In this document: one piece after another, positions 37,718 to 48,798 of the stretch | Position numbering within the stretch: position 1 is the first letter of the stretch | Layout: each line of letters begins with the position of its first letter | From: a virus | Lineage: Duplodnaviria > Caudoviricetes | Strand: one strand, 5' to 3' | DNA length: 64,000 bases | IMG/VR virus record: IMGVR_UViG_3300027759_000085 | Coordinates: 1,452-65,451 of that record | The notes under the pieces: model-generated | The model's input: only the letters and a program-made list of their open reading frames with translations | Databases searched by the model: none | What the model was told of the DNA's origin: nothing | Made by a program: the position numbers and the translations under genes

Positions 37718-38212
37718 ATGAAACAAAAAATATTATCTGAAAAGATAGAATCTAAACTAAATGAATTAATAGGTCAAGAACTATATGCTATGTATGCGTA
37801 TAAGGCTATTGCTAACTGGTGTCAAGATGCTGGGTTCTTAAGAGCACATCCATTCTTTATTGAGGAAAGCTCAGATGAGAAACTACACGCTGAAATATTG
37901 GAGCAGTATATATTAGATATGGGAGGAGTTCCTGACCTAAAAAATATAGATAAGCCAGAGGAGTCATTTAAGAGCCTTACAGACGTAGTTTATGCTTCGT
38001 ATGATATGGAGGTAGCATTAGGAGAGAAGTACGCTGAGTTCGCCTTAGAATGCGTTACAGAAGATGCTATTACTTTGACTAAGATACAAGAGTTTATCAA
38101 GATACAGACTGAATCTATCGGATTTTATGGCGATATTTGTTCTGCAGCAAAAGGATTGTCTACAAGCAAGTTTGAGCAGTTAATGTTAGAGAAGATTTTA
38201 GTTAAAGGATAA
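37718..38212 (+). CDS. non-haem ferritin (FtnA-like)
   Basis: LNELIGQELYA..Y, DEKLH, DME, IQTE ferroxidase pattern; 164 aa. Confidence 0.85.
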   Translation: MKQKILSEKIESKLNELIGQELYAMYAYKAIANWCQDAGFLRAHPFFIEESSDEKLHAEILEQYILDMGGVPDLKNIDKPEESFKSLTDVVYASYDMEVALGEKYAEFALECVTEDAITLTKIQEFIKIQTESIGFYGDICSAAKGLSTSKFEQLMLEKILVKG

Positions 38213-38221
38213 TAATTAATT

Positions 38222-41200
38222 ATGAGTAACTGTAAGTTTACATTAAGAGATGAAAATGGTAATATTATCGTTGATGGTGTTAGCGAGCAAGAGTTTAAAA
38301 AGTATTTAGCTTTAAATGCTTCTACTGCTCAAAAGTTACTTGGTGAATCTCGCATCATTGGTGAAGCAATAGAGCCAGAAGTTTTTTCTGAGTTTGAAGA
38401 TGTTTCAGATGAGGATGCAATGGCTATGCTTAAGAATAGCATAGAAACTCCATTTAGAAATAAAGAAAAGCTAGAAAAGACTTCAAAGAGTATATTCTCA
38501 AGATTCATGACAGCTCTTGTTGACTCTCAATATAATGTAATAGATAAGTTATTAAAAGATTTTGGTTACGTTGGTAAAATAGCTGTAGCTGCATTAAAAA
38601 ACAGAAAAGGATATACTGGCATATCTTCATTAAGAAGTAGGTTATTCAATAAAGAAATATTTGATGACTTAGGGGTATTCCCCAATGTAGATATTGATGG
38701 AGTAAAAGTTTCTGAAAAGGATCTGTTTGATGTGTTTCTAAATCTTAATCGTATAATAAAAATCGATGAAAGAATTAGGGACAAGTTTTATAATTTTATG
38801 TCATTGCGTGACAAGTTAAAAAACGATGATAGTTTGACAGATGATCAAAAGATTGAAATTAAAAATGAAATAGATAATCTTAGGGATTATTTAGTAAAGA
38901 GGGATGCTATAGATGTAAAGAATGGTGAATACGTTCAGAAACAATATAGGCATACTGGCAATAAAACAGCTGCTACTGCTAGAGCTGAATTAAGGTCAAT
39001 TAAAAAATCAACCCCTGAATTATACAAGAAATTTGAAAAGAAGGGCCAGTCTTATTATGATGCATACAAGGCATTGTTATATGATCAGTATAAAAACAAT
39101 ATGATTAGCAAGAGTGTTTATGATGAACTTATTGCATATGATTATATACCAACAAGATACATTCAGCATATTATTGAAAGTGAACTTGCTGAATCTGGCT
39201 CTAAAGCTGCATCTAAACTATCTACATCTATAAAGAACTTAACTGGTGGTAGTGATGCCGATGTTATGACTAACTTTCAGGCTATACTTGAGATATATAC
39301 TAATCATACATATAAACAAATATTTGAAAATACATCGGCATTATCTCTTGCAAAAGCTATTATAAAAAAACCAGTAACTAAATCAGAATCAAAAGAATTA
39401 ATTAAAGCATCTGATGCTAAATTAAACCCAGCTGGAGTTCAAAATATTAATCTTGAAATGTATGTTGATGAACCAACTGGATTTGATAAGTTTGGTAATC
39501 CAACATATGGAGATATACCTGTAGGTATGGATGTTATTTACTTCTATAGGGATAATGGTAAGAAGGAAAGAATTGTAGCACCAAAGGATTTTGTAGATAT
39601 ATATTATGATCGTAACGGTTTAACATCACCAAAGGGTGAAGATATACTTAATAGGACTAGTAAGTGGACAGGTATTAATATATTTAAATCTTTAATAACA
39701 AAAAATAATCCTGCGTTTGGTATTTACCAGTTAACCATGGATGCTCCACAAGCTATAATAGCAACTAATGCTTATCCAGATTTCTTTTTAGGAAGTTTCA
39801 TGTTAGCAAGTGATTATGCATCTGTATCAAAAGACATTGTTGACTTTATTCGTGCAGATAAGTTAAGTCCATTATTTAAGGAAGCTATTAATGCAGGTAT
39901 ATTCTCTGACTTTATATCTACAGAAACTGATTTACTTAAATTCTCTCCATTAACAAATATTAAAGGTGAAACAAATTTTTTAACTACTGTTAAATTTTTA
40001 AAATACAAATCTGGTAAAGCTGCTCAAACAGCATTAGATGGTATAGCTAAATTAAATGAAGGTATAGAATATGCAACTAGATTAGCTGTATATAAGCGAG
40101 TTAAAGAAAATACAACTAAACAATTTTTAAAAGAAAATAATGGTAAGCCACTTAGCTCAGAACAAGAGTTTGAGGTTAGAATGCTAGCTGCTGAGCAAGC
40201 TAGAAATGTAGTTGACTTTTCAAGATCTGGAACACTTGGTAAACCATTAAATAAACTGTTTGCATATTTAAACGCTGGTATTCAAGCATTTTATTCATCA
40301 TCAAGATCATTAAAGGATAACCCTACCAAGGCTGCTGTTCTTTTAGGTGAGATTGGTTTGGGTACTACGATGTTATTAGCTTATTCTCTTGGAGATTTCG
40401 GTGGTGATGATGAGGAAAAGAAGAAAAGATTAGATGAATATATGTCACTTCCTGATTACCAAAGATCAAACTACTTTAATATATACAATCCTTTTAGTGA
40501 AGAAGGATCTTCTTATAGATTTATAAGATTATATAAACCACAATTATTTAGAGGTTTTTTAAATATGGTGGAGCAAGGTTATCTTAAGATGGCTAAGAAG
40601 CAAGATATCGATCAGTCTCAAATAGTTGGAGCATTTATGAATGATTTACCAGTAGACCCATCTGGATTAAATATATTAACCAGGAATCCATTAGTAAATG
40701 GTATGATTAAATACAATTGGAACTATGATGCATTCAGAAAACAATATGTAGTAAGGAATGAGGAGAAGATAGAAAACTGGGCAGAATATGATAAGAATAC
40801 TGGTGATATATATAAAAAGGCAGGTAAACTTACAGAAGGTATTTTTGGTACCGAGGGTATATCTCCTAAGAGAGCTCAGGCACTTGTTGAATCTCTTATT
40901 GGAGACCCAAGTAAAAACACTACTACTGCTCTACTTGATAAAGCTGGTCGTGTAATGTACTATGGTGTAACTGCCAATTCAGAAGGTCTTAATAAAGAAC
41001 TACCAGCACCTGGTGAAGAAGCAGATTGGTTATTTAAACTATCTGGATTAAAGGGTAGAATATTTACTAAAACACCAGAAATAGATTACGAGTTTGCAGA
41101 TAAACTTAAAAAAGAAGAAAGAAAGCAGTATACTCAAAACAAGTTTATTAAAGAACAAGTTGATCAGATATTTGCTGAAAGTAAAGATAAAAAAGAAGCA

Positions 41201-41509
41201 TTGCTTACCTCGACAATCATGTTAGATGAGTTAATTAAGAATGGTGATATAACTAGAGATGACAAGAATAGAATACTTAAGATACAACAAAAGAGAGATT
41301 TTATAAAGGATAAGCCTAGGTTCTATGGTGACTTATTATATTCTAGCTCAAATGATTCTAAGGTTACTATATTAGATTACGAGACTGAGTCATTAGATGA
41401 TAAAAAGTTTAATGATATATTATATGATCTAAGATTAAATAACATAATCAGTAAGGATGTATTATTCAAGGTTCAATCAAATAGATATGCAAGAGCAAAA
41501 AAGAAATAA
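38222..41509 (+). CDS. large ejected protein with LPD38-like domain
   Basis: ARNVVDFSRSG..YLNAGIQ..LPDYQRSNYF..KPQ pattern. Confidence 0.7.
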   Translation: MSNCKFTLRDENGNIIVDGVSEQEFKKYLALNASTAQKLLGESRIIGEAIEPEVFSEFEDVSDEDAMAMLKNSIETPFRNKEKLEKTSKSIFSRFMTALVDSQYNVIDKLLKDFGYVGKIAVAALKNRKGYTGISSLRSRLFNKEIFDDLGVFPNVDIDGVKVSEKDLFDVFLNLNRIIKIDERIRDKFYNFMSLRDKLKNDDSLTDDQKIEIKNEIDNLRDYLVKRDAIDVKNGEYVQKQYRHTGNKTAATARAELRSIKKSTPELYKKFEKKGQSYYDAYKALLYDQYKNNMISKSVYDELIAYDYIPTRYIQHIIESELAESGSKAASKLSTSIKNLTGGSDADVMTNFQAILEIYTNHTYKQIFENTSALSLAKAIIKKPVTKSESKELIKASDAKLNPAGVQNINLEMYVDEPTGFDKFGNPTYGDIPVGMDVIYFYRDNGKKERIVAPKDFVDIYYDRNGLTSPKGEDILNRTSKWTGINIFKSLITKNNPAFGIYQLTMDAPQAIIATNAYPDFFLGSFMLASDYASVSKDIVDFIRADKLSPLFKEAINAGIFSDFISTETDLLKFSPLTNIKGETNFLTTVKFLKYKSGKAAQTALDGIAKLNEGIEYATRLAVYKRVKENTTKQFLKENNGKPLSSEQEFEVRMLAAEQARNVVDFSRSGTLGKPLNKLFAYLNAGIQAFYSSSRSLKDNPTKAAVLLGEIGLGTTMLLAYSLGDFGGDDEEKKKRLDEYMSLPDYQRSNYFNIYNPFSEEGSSYRFIRLYKPQLFRGFLNMVEQGYLKMAKKQDIDQSQIVGAFMNDLPVDPSGLNILTRNPLVNGMIKYNWNYDAFRKQYVVRNEEKIENWAEYDKNTGDIYKKAGKLTEGIFGTEGISPKRAQALVESLIGDPSKNTTTALLDKAGRVMYYGVTANSEGLNKELPAPGEEADWLFKLSGLKGRIFTKTPEIDYEFADKLKKEERKQYTQNKFIKEQVDQIFAESKDKKEALLTSTIMLDELIKNGDITRDDKNRILKIQQKRDFIKDKPRFYGDLLYSSSNDSKVTILDYETESLDDKKFNDILYDLRLNNIISKDVLFKVQSNRYARAKKK

Positions 41510-41771
41510 GTTAGCTGGGAAGCACCCCTCTTATGATAGTTTGAATATGTCAGAAGATAGACGTAAGAAGAAGATTGCATACGATAAAAAGTATTCAGCT
41601 ACAGAGGTACGTAAGAACTATAGGGTAGAGCTAAACAAGGCTAACAAGTCTATGGGTAAGAAGGGAGATGGTAAAGACGTTTCTCATTCTAAAAGTGGTA
41701 AGCTCACCCTAGAAGTCTCTAAGTCAAACAGATCTAGAAATGGGGCTAACGGCAAAAGTTCTAAGAAATAA
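41487..41771 (+). CDS. small basic degenerate-HNH-like protein
   Basis: GDGKDVSH..SNRSRNG. Confidence 0.6.
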   Translation: MQEQKRNKLAGKHPSYDSLNMSEDRRKKKIAYDKKYSATEVRKNYRVELNKANKSMGKKGDGKDVSHSKSGKLTLEVSKSNRSRNGANGKSSKK

Positions 41772-41844
41772 TATGCCTGATAAAAAGTAAAAGCTATATT
41801 TGGTATCTTTGCCTAAATCAATATTCTAAATTCAGATATAAGAT

Positions 41845-42372
41845 ATGGCAACATTTGCATCAACCCAGGAATTCACAGTAGCCCAAAGTGCAGATTGCAC
41901 CACATATACGCTTACTGATACATCCAATTATACTTCAAACGATGAAGGTTATACTATTAACTCATTTAGTAATAGAAGTTTCCTTATTTACGATAGTACC
42001 AATACATTAATAAGTACTATTAATCTAGGTCTAAACCTAACTGCTACCTATACTCTTACTCAAGATGAGATGCTCATTATAGTACTTTCATGTACTCCAA
42101 CAAGCACAGGTGTAGCAATAACTAAATCACATAGTGTATTATCTACTTGCTTTCTAGAATTAGCATTTGCTGAGATTGTATCTGAGACTGAGTGTGGTTG
42201 TGGATGTAGTGGAGGTAATTCATGTACCTGTGACTCAACGTCTAGTAATACGATTACATTGCTTCAGTATATCAGAGCAGCTGAAATATTTGCTGAGTAC
42301 TCTAATCCTGTAGCTGCACAAAAGCAATTAGACGCAGGAACTGCATTAGTTCAGGCTAACTTAAATAATTAA
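41845..42372 (+). CDS. tail fibre hub/structural protein
   Basis: Thr/Ser-rich with a CGCGC cluster; TATCTTTG promoter at 41804. Confidence 0.55.
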   Translation: MATFASTQEFTVAQSADCTTYTLTDTSNYTSNDEGYTINSFSNRSFLIYDSTNTLISTINLGLNLTATYTLTQDEMLIIVLSCTPTSTGVAITKSHSVLSTCFLELAFAEIVSETECGCGCSGGNSCTCDSTSSNTITLLQYIRAAEIFAEYSNPVAAQKQLDAGTALVQANLNN

Positions 42373-42388
42373 TATTTTTATATATATA

Positions 42389-44104
42389 ATGTTAACTCCA
42401 CAGGAACTATTATATAGAATTCAAAATGGTGAGCAATTCTTTGCTTTACTAATGGATGAATATGTCGATGAGACAGAGGAGTTAGAACCAGTAGATAGTG
42501 AATTAAAGCAAAGGATAAACTGTATATTTCTAATTCTAGAGGCTATAAGCTTCCTATACTATAGAGGTATCTATACTAACGATCCTGTATGCATGGCCTT
42601 GTACAAGAGGTTAATGAACTGCTTAGGTATATTTGCTGGATCTCCACTATTTATACTAGACCCATCTATAATATTTCCTGGTATTATACTACCTCCTATA
42701 TTCCAAGGACCTCAGGGATTACAAGGTCCTCAAGGGCCACAAGGTCCACGAGGCTTTCAAGGATTTCAAGGTGTTCAAGGATTTCAAGGTGTACAGGGTG
42801 CAGTTGGACCACAGGGTACTCAAGGAACACAAGGCTTCCAAGGCTTTCAAGGAGTACAAGGTTTCCAGGGTTTAACGGGTCCACAAGGCTTCCAGGGTGT
42901 ACAGGGTACACAAGGGCCAAGGGGTTTCCAAGGTTTTCAAGGAACACAGGGTGCTCAGGGAGTACAAGGAAATAATGGAACAAGTGTTGTCTTAAAAGGT
43001 TCGGTAGCTACTGTAGGTAATTTACCATCGGTAGGTAATACTGTTGGTGATCTATATATTGTACTGGCTAGTGGTGATGGATATGTTTGGGATGGAAGTG
43101 CATGGAATAATGTAGGACCTATTGTGGGTCCACAGGGTGCTCAAGGGACTCAAGGATTTACTGGTACACAGGGTGTTCAAGGATCTACGGGTCCCCAAGG
43201 TATTACTGGTGCCCAGGGATTCCAAGGTGTACAAGGTACACAAGGACCTATAGGGACTCAAGGTTTTCAAGGTACTCAAGGACCTACGGGTCCACAAGGC
43301 TCTACGGGTGCACAGGGAGTGCAAGGATTCCAAGGTCCTACTGGTCCACAAGGTCTTACTGGACCTCAAGGTTTTCAGGGATTTCAAGGATTTCAAGGAG
43401 CAACTGGTAGTCAAGGCTTTCAGGGTCCTACGGGACCTCAAGGTGCTACAGGTGCTCAGGGGCCAACAGGACCTCAAGGTGCTACGGGTCCTCAAGGTCT
43501 TACTGGCCCACAAGGACCAGGTGGACCTCAGGGATTTACAGGACCACAGGGACCAAATGGACCCCAAGGACCTCAGGGTTTTACTGGACCTCAAGGACCT
43601 ACTGGACCGCAAGGGTTTACAGGTCCTCAAGGAGCTCAGGGTGTACAAGGACCTACAGGATTTATTGGTAGTTTAACTACATCTGGATCATCAGGTGCAG
43701 CTACATTAGTTGGCTCAACCTTAAATGTACCAATATATAGTGATGCTCTTGGTGGTTATCTACCATTGAGTGGTGGAACATTGACTGGTGCTCTAGGAGG
43801 TACATCTGCTTCATTTAGTAGTAGTGTGACTGCATCAGCATTCTTTGAAAGTTCTTCTATTAGAGGTAAAAACATTATAGCTACTAATCCATTACTTTCA
43901 CTTAACATTGATGTAATAAAATACACTCGTAAAACTGATGTAAATAAGGATATAAGATATGGTTATTCTGCTGAGCAGATACATTCATTAATGCCTGAAC
44001 TAACAGACAGGGATGTAACCTCAGTTAAGTATTTAGATGTACACACCATATTGATTGCTCAGTTACAGCAAGAGATAAGGGAATTAAAAGATAGGTTAAA
44101 ATAA
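42389..44104 (+). CDS. collagen-like fibre with C-terminal S74-like chaperone
   Basis: G-X-Q repeats; [20 protein letters not shown]. Confidence 0.8.
   Translation: MLTPQELLYRIQNGEQFFALLMDEYVDETEELEPVDSELKQRINCIFLILEAISFLYYRGIYTNDPVCMALYKRLMNCLGIFAGSPLFILDPSIIFPGIILPPIFQGPQGLQGPQGPQGPRGFQGFQGVQGFQGVQGAVGPQGTQGTQGFQGFQGVQGFQGLTGPQGFQGVQGTQGPRGFQGFQGTQGAQGVQGNNGTSVVLKGSVATVGNLPSVGNTVGDLYIVLASGDGYVWDGSAWNNVGPIVGPQGAQGTQGFTGTQGVQGSTGPQGITGAQGFQGVQGTQGPIGTQGFQGTQGPTGPQGSTGAQGVQGFQGPTGPQGLTGPQGFQGFQGFQGATGSQGFQGPTGPQGATGAQGPTGPQGATGPQGLTGPQGPGGPQGFTGPQGPNGPQGPQGFTGPQGPTGPQGFTGPQGAQGVQGPTGFIGSLTTSGSSGAATLVGSTLNVPIYSDALGGYLPLSGGTLTGALGGTSASFSSSVTASAFFESSSIRGKNIIATNPLLSLNIDVIKYTRKTDVNKDIRYGYSAEQIHSLMPELTDRDVTSVKYLDVHTILIAQLQQEIRELKDRLK
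42706..43660 (+). repeat. collagen Gly-X-Gln triplet repeats
   Basis: [12 protein letters not shown] runs interrupted once by a beta module. Confidence 0.9.
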
Positions 44105-44105
44105 T

Positions 44106-44885
44106 ATGAGTTGGGCAGGAATAGCAGCTAATCAGGGGGTATCACGTAATAATCTACAGGATGCTGTAAATACCTCTGTGTTTACTCTAAAGAATACTAT
44201 ACCTGCAGGTTTAAAACAAATAACAAAGGTAGAAGCTGGATTTTATGTTAATATAGATCAAGGGTATGCTCCCTATGCAGGAAAGGCAAGTAATCAATTG
44301 GTAGTTAAATCTAACCTAATTGCTTGTACTGCATTATCTTACTCATATACGCTTTACTACTTTTATACTGATGGGCCTGCTTTTTATGCAGGGTATACAA
44401 CTTCAGGTGCTGCCTGTGCGGCTACAACACCTAGTATTACTGTTTATTCAAGCTCAAGTACAATAACGGTAGGAGCTGTTTTATATGTAGACCCATGTGG
44501 TTATGATCCATTCTTTGGAAATTCTTACTCTGGTGGTTATCCATATTTTAAGATAGGTAGTAATTATATAACCTTTGAGGAGTATAGTCCAGGTAATCCA
44601 TCGGTAGGTAATGTGGTTAGAACCGTAGGCAGTTGTGGACCAGTATATTACACTTATGTAGTAAGACCTAGTAATAATTTAGGAACTATATGTACAGACC
44701 CTAGTTATACAGTTTACTCAAGTAGTATATTGTTAACGGCAGGAGATTTTATATTTTATGATACTGCTCTTACGAATCCAGTGACAGGTTTTGACTATGT
44801 AGTACGTGTATCAGGTTCACCAGATATTTACTATATGAACCCAGGAACAGGAGAATTAACTTCTGATACAGGTTCTGATTGTTAA
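44106..44885 (+). CDS. tail fibre-associated Tyr/Cys-rich protein
   Basis: MSWAGIAANQ..NQLVVKS N-terminus plus two repeated beta modules. Confidence 0.6.
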   Translation: MSWAGIAANQGVSRNNLQDAVNTSVFTLKNTIPAGLKQITKVEAGFYVNIDQGYAPYAGKASNQLVVKSNLIACTALSYSYTLYYFYTDGPAFYAGYTTSGAACAATTPSITVYSSSSTITVGAVLYVDPCGYDPFFGNSYSGGYPYFKIGSNYITFEEYSPGNPSVGNVVRTVGSCGPVYYTYVVRPSNNLGTICTDPSYTVYSSSILLTAGDFIFYDTALTNPVTGFDYVVRVSGSPDIYYMNPGTGELTSDTGSDC

Positions 44886-44918
44886 TTATGATTATAATAA
44901 TAAATAAAAAATAAAAGA

Positions 44919-47900
44919 ATGGCAATTACTAATGAAGATCTAATCATTAAATTACAGCAAGGCAACTTATATTTTGCTAACTTGATGGATGAGTATGTCG
45001 ATGATTCTGTTTATTCATTAGATGTTAACTATGAGTTATTTAATAGAGCTACCTGTGTATTCTTATTATTAACTGGTTTTCAATTTCAACTTGACAAGGG
45101 TCTTGGTGGTGATAATCCAGTTACTTTAGCTATATATAAACGATTAAATTGTCTTATACCTATAAATAATCAACCGATTGAGTTTGATTTAACATTAATA
45201 TTTCCTAATGTAGAGAATGCAATTATTGTACAAGGACCACAAGGACCTCAGGGATCTACGGGTCCCCAAGGATTCCAGGGTACTCAAGGATCTACTGGAG
45301 CACAGGGAGTACAAGGAGCTACAGGACCACAAGGATTAACTGGAGCTCAAGGTCCTACTGGTCCTCAAGGTACGCAAGGATATACTGGCCCTCAGGGTAT
45401 TACTGGAGCTCAAGGTCCTATTGGTCCTCAAGGAGCTCAAGGGGCTCAAGGATTTCAAGGTAACCAAGGCACTACAGGTGATCAGGGATTTCAGGGTGCT
45501 CAAGGTAGTCAGGGATTCCAAGGAGCACAGGGTACTGCAGGTCCACAGGGCGTTCAAGGTATACAGGGTCCTGTAGGTCCACAAGGAGTACAAGGATTTC
45601 AAGGTACCACTGGAGCTCAAGGTGTTCAGGGTATTCAAGGACCTATAGGCCCACAAGGTTTTCAAGGTACGCAGGGCTTCCAAGGAGTGCAAGGCTTTCA
45701 AGGTGATGCAGGTCCACAAGGTGTGCAAGGAGTGCAAGGACCTCAAGGATTCCAGGGATTTCAGGGTGTACAAGGATTTCAAGGAGTTCAAGGAACACAA
45801 GGACCGCAAGGTAATCAAGGACCAACAGGTATTAATTCTGGACTGATTTATTATTTCAATGAGTCACAGAGCTCACCTATAGCTGGTTATAAGGTACTAT
45901 CTATTATACCATCTGGAGCTGCCGAGCAAACTGTTGTAGCAACTACTAATGGAACTACACCTGTATTGGTTAGTGACTTTATATCCGATGAGATAGATCA
46001 ACCATTGATCCCATATGGTACACAAAGATTCCATATACACTTTTTAAAGGCTAATTCAGGTAATAGTATTGAGGCATATGCTGAGTTACAATTAGCTAAT
46101 TCAGCTGGTACTTTAATAGGTTCTACTTTTACAACAAATGTGGTATTGATTGGATATATAGACGCTGTAACTCCAATTGAAACATACTTTGATGTTGTAC
46201 TGCCTAGTATTGTTATAGATCCTACCGACAGGATGGTTGTTAGGTTGTATGTTAAGGAACAATCTGGTGGCTCAAGTCACAATGTTACATTCTATACTGA
46301 GGGTGCATCTAATTATTCATATGTAGTTACTAGTTTATCTGCTCCAGCTGGAGATCAGGGTCCACAAGGTCCTCAGGGTCCTCAAGGTGTGCAGGGTATA
46401 CAGGGTACTAATGGTACTCAGGGTGTTCAGGGAGTACAGGGTCCACAGGGATTCCAAGGCTTTCAGGGTAATCAGGGCGATACTGGACCTCAGGGGTTCC
46501 AAGGATTCCAAGGTTTTCAGGGAGCACAGGGAACGCAAGGTTTCCAAGGTCCAGCTGGTGACCAAGGAGCTACGGGTGCTCAAGGTCCACAAGGTGTTCA
46601 GGGAGCTGCTGGTGCTCAAGGATTTCAAGGGCCTACGGGACCTCAAGGCTTTCAAGGGGCTCAAGGTAACCAAGGTGATGCAGGACCTCAAGGATTTCAA
46701 GGACCGCAGGGACCTCAGGGTGTTCAGGGTACACAGGGTTCTACTGCTGCAAGAAGCGAACAAACATTTACAGCAACTGCAGGACAAACAGTGTTCTCAA
46801 TGGTTTACACAGTAGGTCAGTTAGATGTTTATTATAATGGTTCAAAGCTATCTCCTGCTGAGTTTACAGCTACAAATGGTACATCATTTACATTAGCAAC
46901 TGCTTGTCAATTAAATGACATAGTTAACGCTGTAGCTTATATAACAACTGCAGGTGTAGGTGGTGGTGGAACAATAAATACTATTCCTAAGTTTACAGGT
47001 TCAACAACAACAATAGGAGATAGTGCTATTACTGATGATGGAACTACTGTTACATTGGTGAGCAGAGCATTATTAGGAACAACTGCTAACTTTACAGGTC
47101 AGCTTACCTTAGGCTCAACCATAACCAATGGAACTTATACGTATACTTTCCCAGGAGCTACGGGTACTTTGGCTCTAACAAGTCAATTACACGATGCAGT
47201 AACCTTATCTGCTATTGGTTCAACGCCTAATGCTAATGCAGCAACATTAACAGGTCAAGTTTTAAATCTACAACCTGCTGATGCAAGTTTTGGAGGTGTT
47301 GTTACTACAGGAACGCAGACTTTTGCGGGTGCAAAGACACTTACAGGAGCATTAAGTGGTACAAGTGCTACGTTTAGTGGTGATTTAACTGCTGCTAATA
47401 TTAATGTTACAGGCTCTGCAATTCCTGCAAACGGAATGTATTTAAGTACAGCCAATACGTTAAACTTTGCAACTAATAGTGGTAGTAGAATGTACATTGG
47501 TTCAACAGGCTCAGTGTTCATGACAAGCACGTTAAGTCTTGGTAATTACTTACAACTAACTTCTGCCAATACATTCATCTATGGAGGTACAACAGTAGGT
47601 AGTATTCAATACGGAAATAGCACATCTTCAACACATTTAAAAACGTATGGTGCAACTCACGCAACTCTTGCAAACGTAATTCAACTAACAAACAATAGTG
47701 TTGTTTCATTAACATTATCAGCCACAGGAGCAGCAACATTCACAGGTGCATTAACAGGTACTACTGCAAACTTCACAGGTCAGCTTACTTTAGGTTCAAC
47801 AATAACAAACGGAACATACACCTATACGCTACCATCAGCCACAGGTACTTTAGCTTTGACATCTGCTTTGAGTGGTTACTTACCATTGACAGGAGGTACG

Positions 47901-48797
47901 CTTACAGGTAGTTTGACAGGAACAAGTGCCACGTTTAGTGGAACGGTATCAGCTAATGCAGGAAATCAAGTAAGGTTTTACAGACCTGATAGTTCTTATC
48001 CAAGTGCATCTTGGTTTTGGCAAGTCAATATGGATGCGAGCAACAATCTTGATTTTGGAGTAAACGCTGGGGCTTATAAATTTAGAATAGAATCCACAGG
48101 AGCAGCTACGTTTAATTCAACACTAACGGCAGGTAGTCAGATTATTTCTGAATTATCAACTGCAAATGATATAAGATTATTAATTAATCCAACTGCTACT
48201 GCGGTTAAAATATCTGCTACTTATAATACAACGGGAAGTTATCAGCCACTTACATTTTTAACATCCGATACCGAACGTATGCGTATCACATCAGGTGGTA
48301 ACGTACTAATCGGAAGTTCAACAGATGCAGGTTACAAGCTAGATGTTAATGGGGAGATTCGTACTTTTGGTTCTGGTGCTGGTTTGACTTATGCAGACAG
48401 AAGTAGCGGAAGCTATGTATTTTATGCAACAGGTGGGGCTACATATTTTTATAATGGAGCTAATATTGCTCAAATAAATATGACAACAGGTATTTACACA
48501 CCGTTATCAAACATAAATAAAAAGAAAGATTTTGAACTATCAGAAATTGGTTTAAATGCTATTTTAGGATTAAAGCCTACTTTATACAGAATGAAATCAG
48601 ATGAATCTGATAATGAAAAAGAATTAGGTTTTATTGCACAAGAAGTAAAAGAATTTATACCACAGGCATACGTAGAAAGTGGCGAAGATGAAGATAAATT
48701 TATAGGTTTAAATTATAATGCAATAGTAGCAGCATTAGTAAAGGGTATGCAAGAACAACAAGCACAAATAGAAAAACTAAAACTATTAATTAAATAA
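44919..48797 (+). CDS. collagen-like tail fibre with S74 intramolecular chaperone
   Basis: Two G-X-Q blocks, YLPLTGGTLTG, ERMRI, SNINKK..LGFIAQEV. Confidence 0.85.
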   Translation: MAITNEDLIIKLQQGNLYFANLMDEYVDDSVYSLDVNYELFNRATCVFLLLTGFQFQLDKGLGGDNPVTLAIYKRLNCLIPINNQPIEFDLTLIFPNVENAIIVQGPQGPQGSTGPQGFQGTQGSTGAQGVQGATGPQGLTGAQGPTGPQGTQGYTGPQGITGAQGPIGPQGAQGAQGFQGNQGTTGDQGFQGAQGSQGFQGAQGTAGPQGVQGIQGPVGPQGVQGFQGTTGAQGVQGIQGPIGPQGFQGTQGFQGVQGFQGDAGPQGVQGVQGPQGFQGFQGVQGFQGVQGTQGPQGNQGPTGINSGLIYYFNESQSSPIAGYKVLSIIPSGAAEQTVVATTNGTTPVLVSDFISDEIDQPLIPYGTQRFHIHFLKANSGNSIEAYAELQLANSAGTLIGSTFTTNVVLIGYIDAVTPIETYFDVVLPSIVIDPTDRMVVRLYVKEQSGGSSHNVTFYTEGASNYSYVVTSLSAPAGDQGPQGPQGPQGVQGIQGTNGTQGVQGVQGPQGFQGFQGNQGDTGPQGFQGFQGFQGAQGTQGFQGPAGDQGATGAQGPQGVQGAAGAQGFQGPTGPQGFQGAQGNQGDAGPQGFQGPQGPQGVQGTQGSTAARSEQTFTATAGQTVFSMVYTVGQLDVYYNGSKLSPAEFTATNGTSFTLATACQLNDIVNAVAYITTAGVGGGGTINTIPKFTGSTTTIGDSAITDDGTTVTLVSRALLGTTANFTGQLTLGSTITNGTYTYTFPGATGTLALTSQLHDAVTLSAIGSTPNANAATLTGQVLNLQPADASFGGVVTTGTQTFAGAKTLTGALSGTSATFSGDLTAANINVTGSAIPANGMYLSTANTLNFATNSGSRMYIGSTGSVFMTSTLSLGNYLQLTSANTFIYGGTTVGSIQYGNSTSSTHLKTYGATHATLANVIQLTNNSVVSLTLSATGAATFTGALTGTTANFTGQLTLGSTITNGTYTYTLPSATGTLALTSALSGYLPLTGGTLTGSLTGTSATFSGTVSANAGNQVRFYRPDSSYPSASWFWQVNMDASNNLDFGVNAGAYKFRIESTGAATFNSTLTAGSQIISELSTANDIRLLINPTATAVKISATYNTTGSYQPLTFLTSDTERMRITSGGNVLIGSSTDAGYKLDVNGEIRTFGSGAGLTYADRSSGSYVFYATGGATYFYNGANIAQINMTTGIYTPLSNINKKKDFELSEIGLNAILGLKPTLYRMKSDESDNEKELGFIAQEVKEFIPQAYVESGEDEDKFIGLNYNAIVAALVKGMQEQQAQIEKLKLLIK

Positions 48798-48798
48798 C

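Noticed and set aside
42706-46745. Repeat arrays as possible CRISPR
   Set aside because: In-frame coding triplet repeats with no constant repeat/unique spacer structure and no cas genes
42589-46815. Alternative-frame and antisense ORFs over the collagen genes
   Set aside because: By-products of the 9-nt periodic Gly-X-Gln repeats
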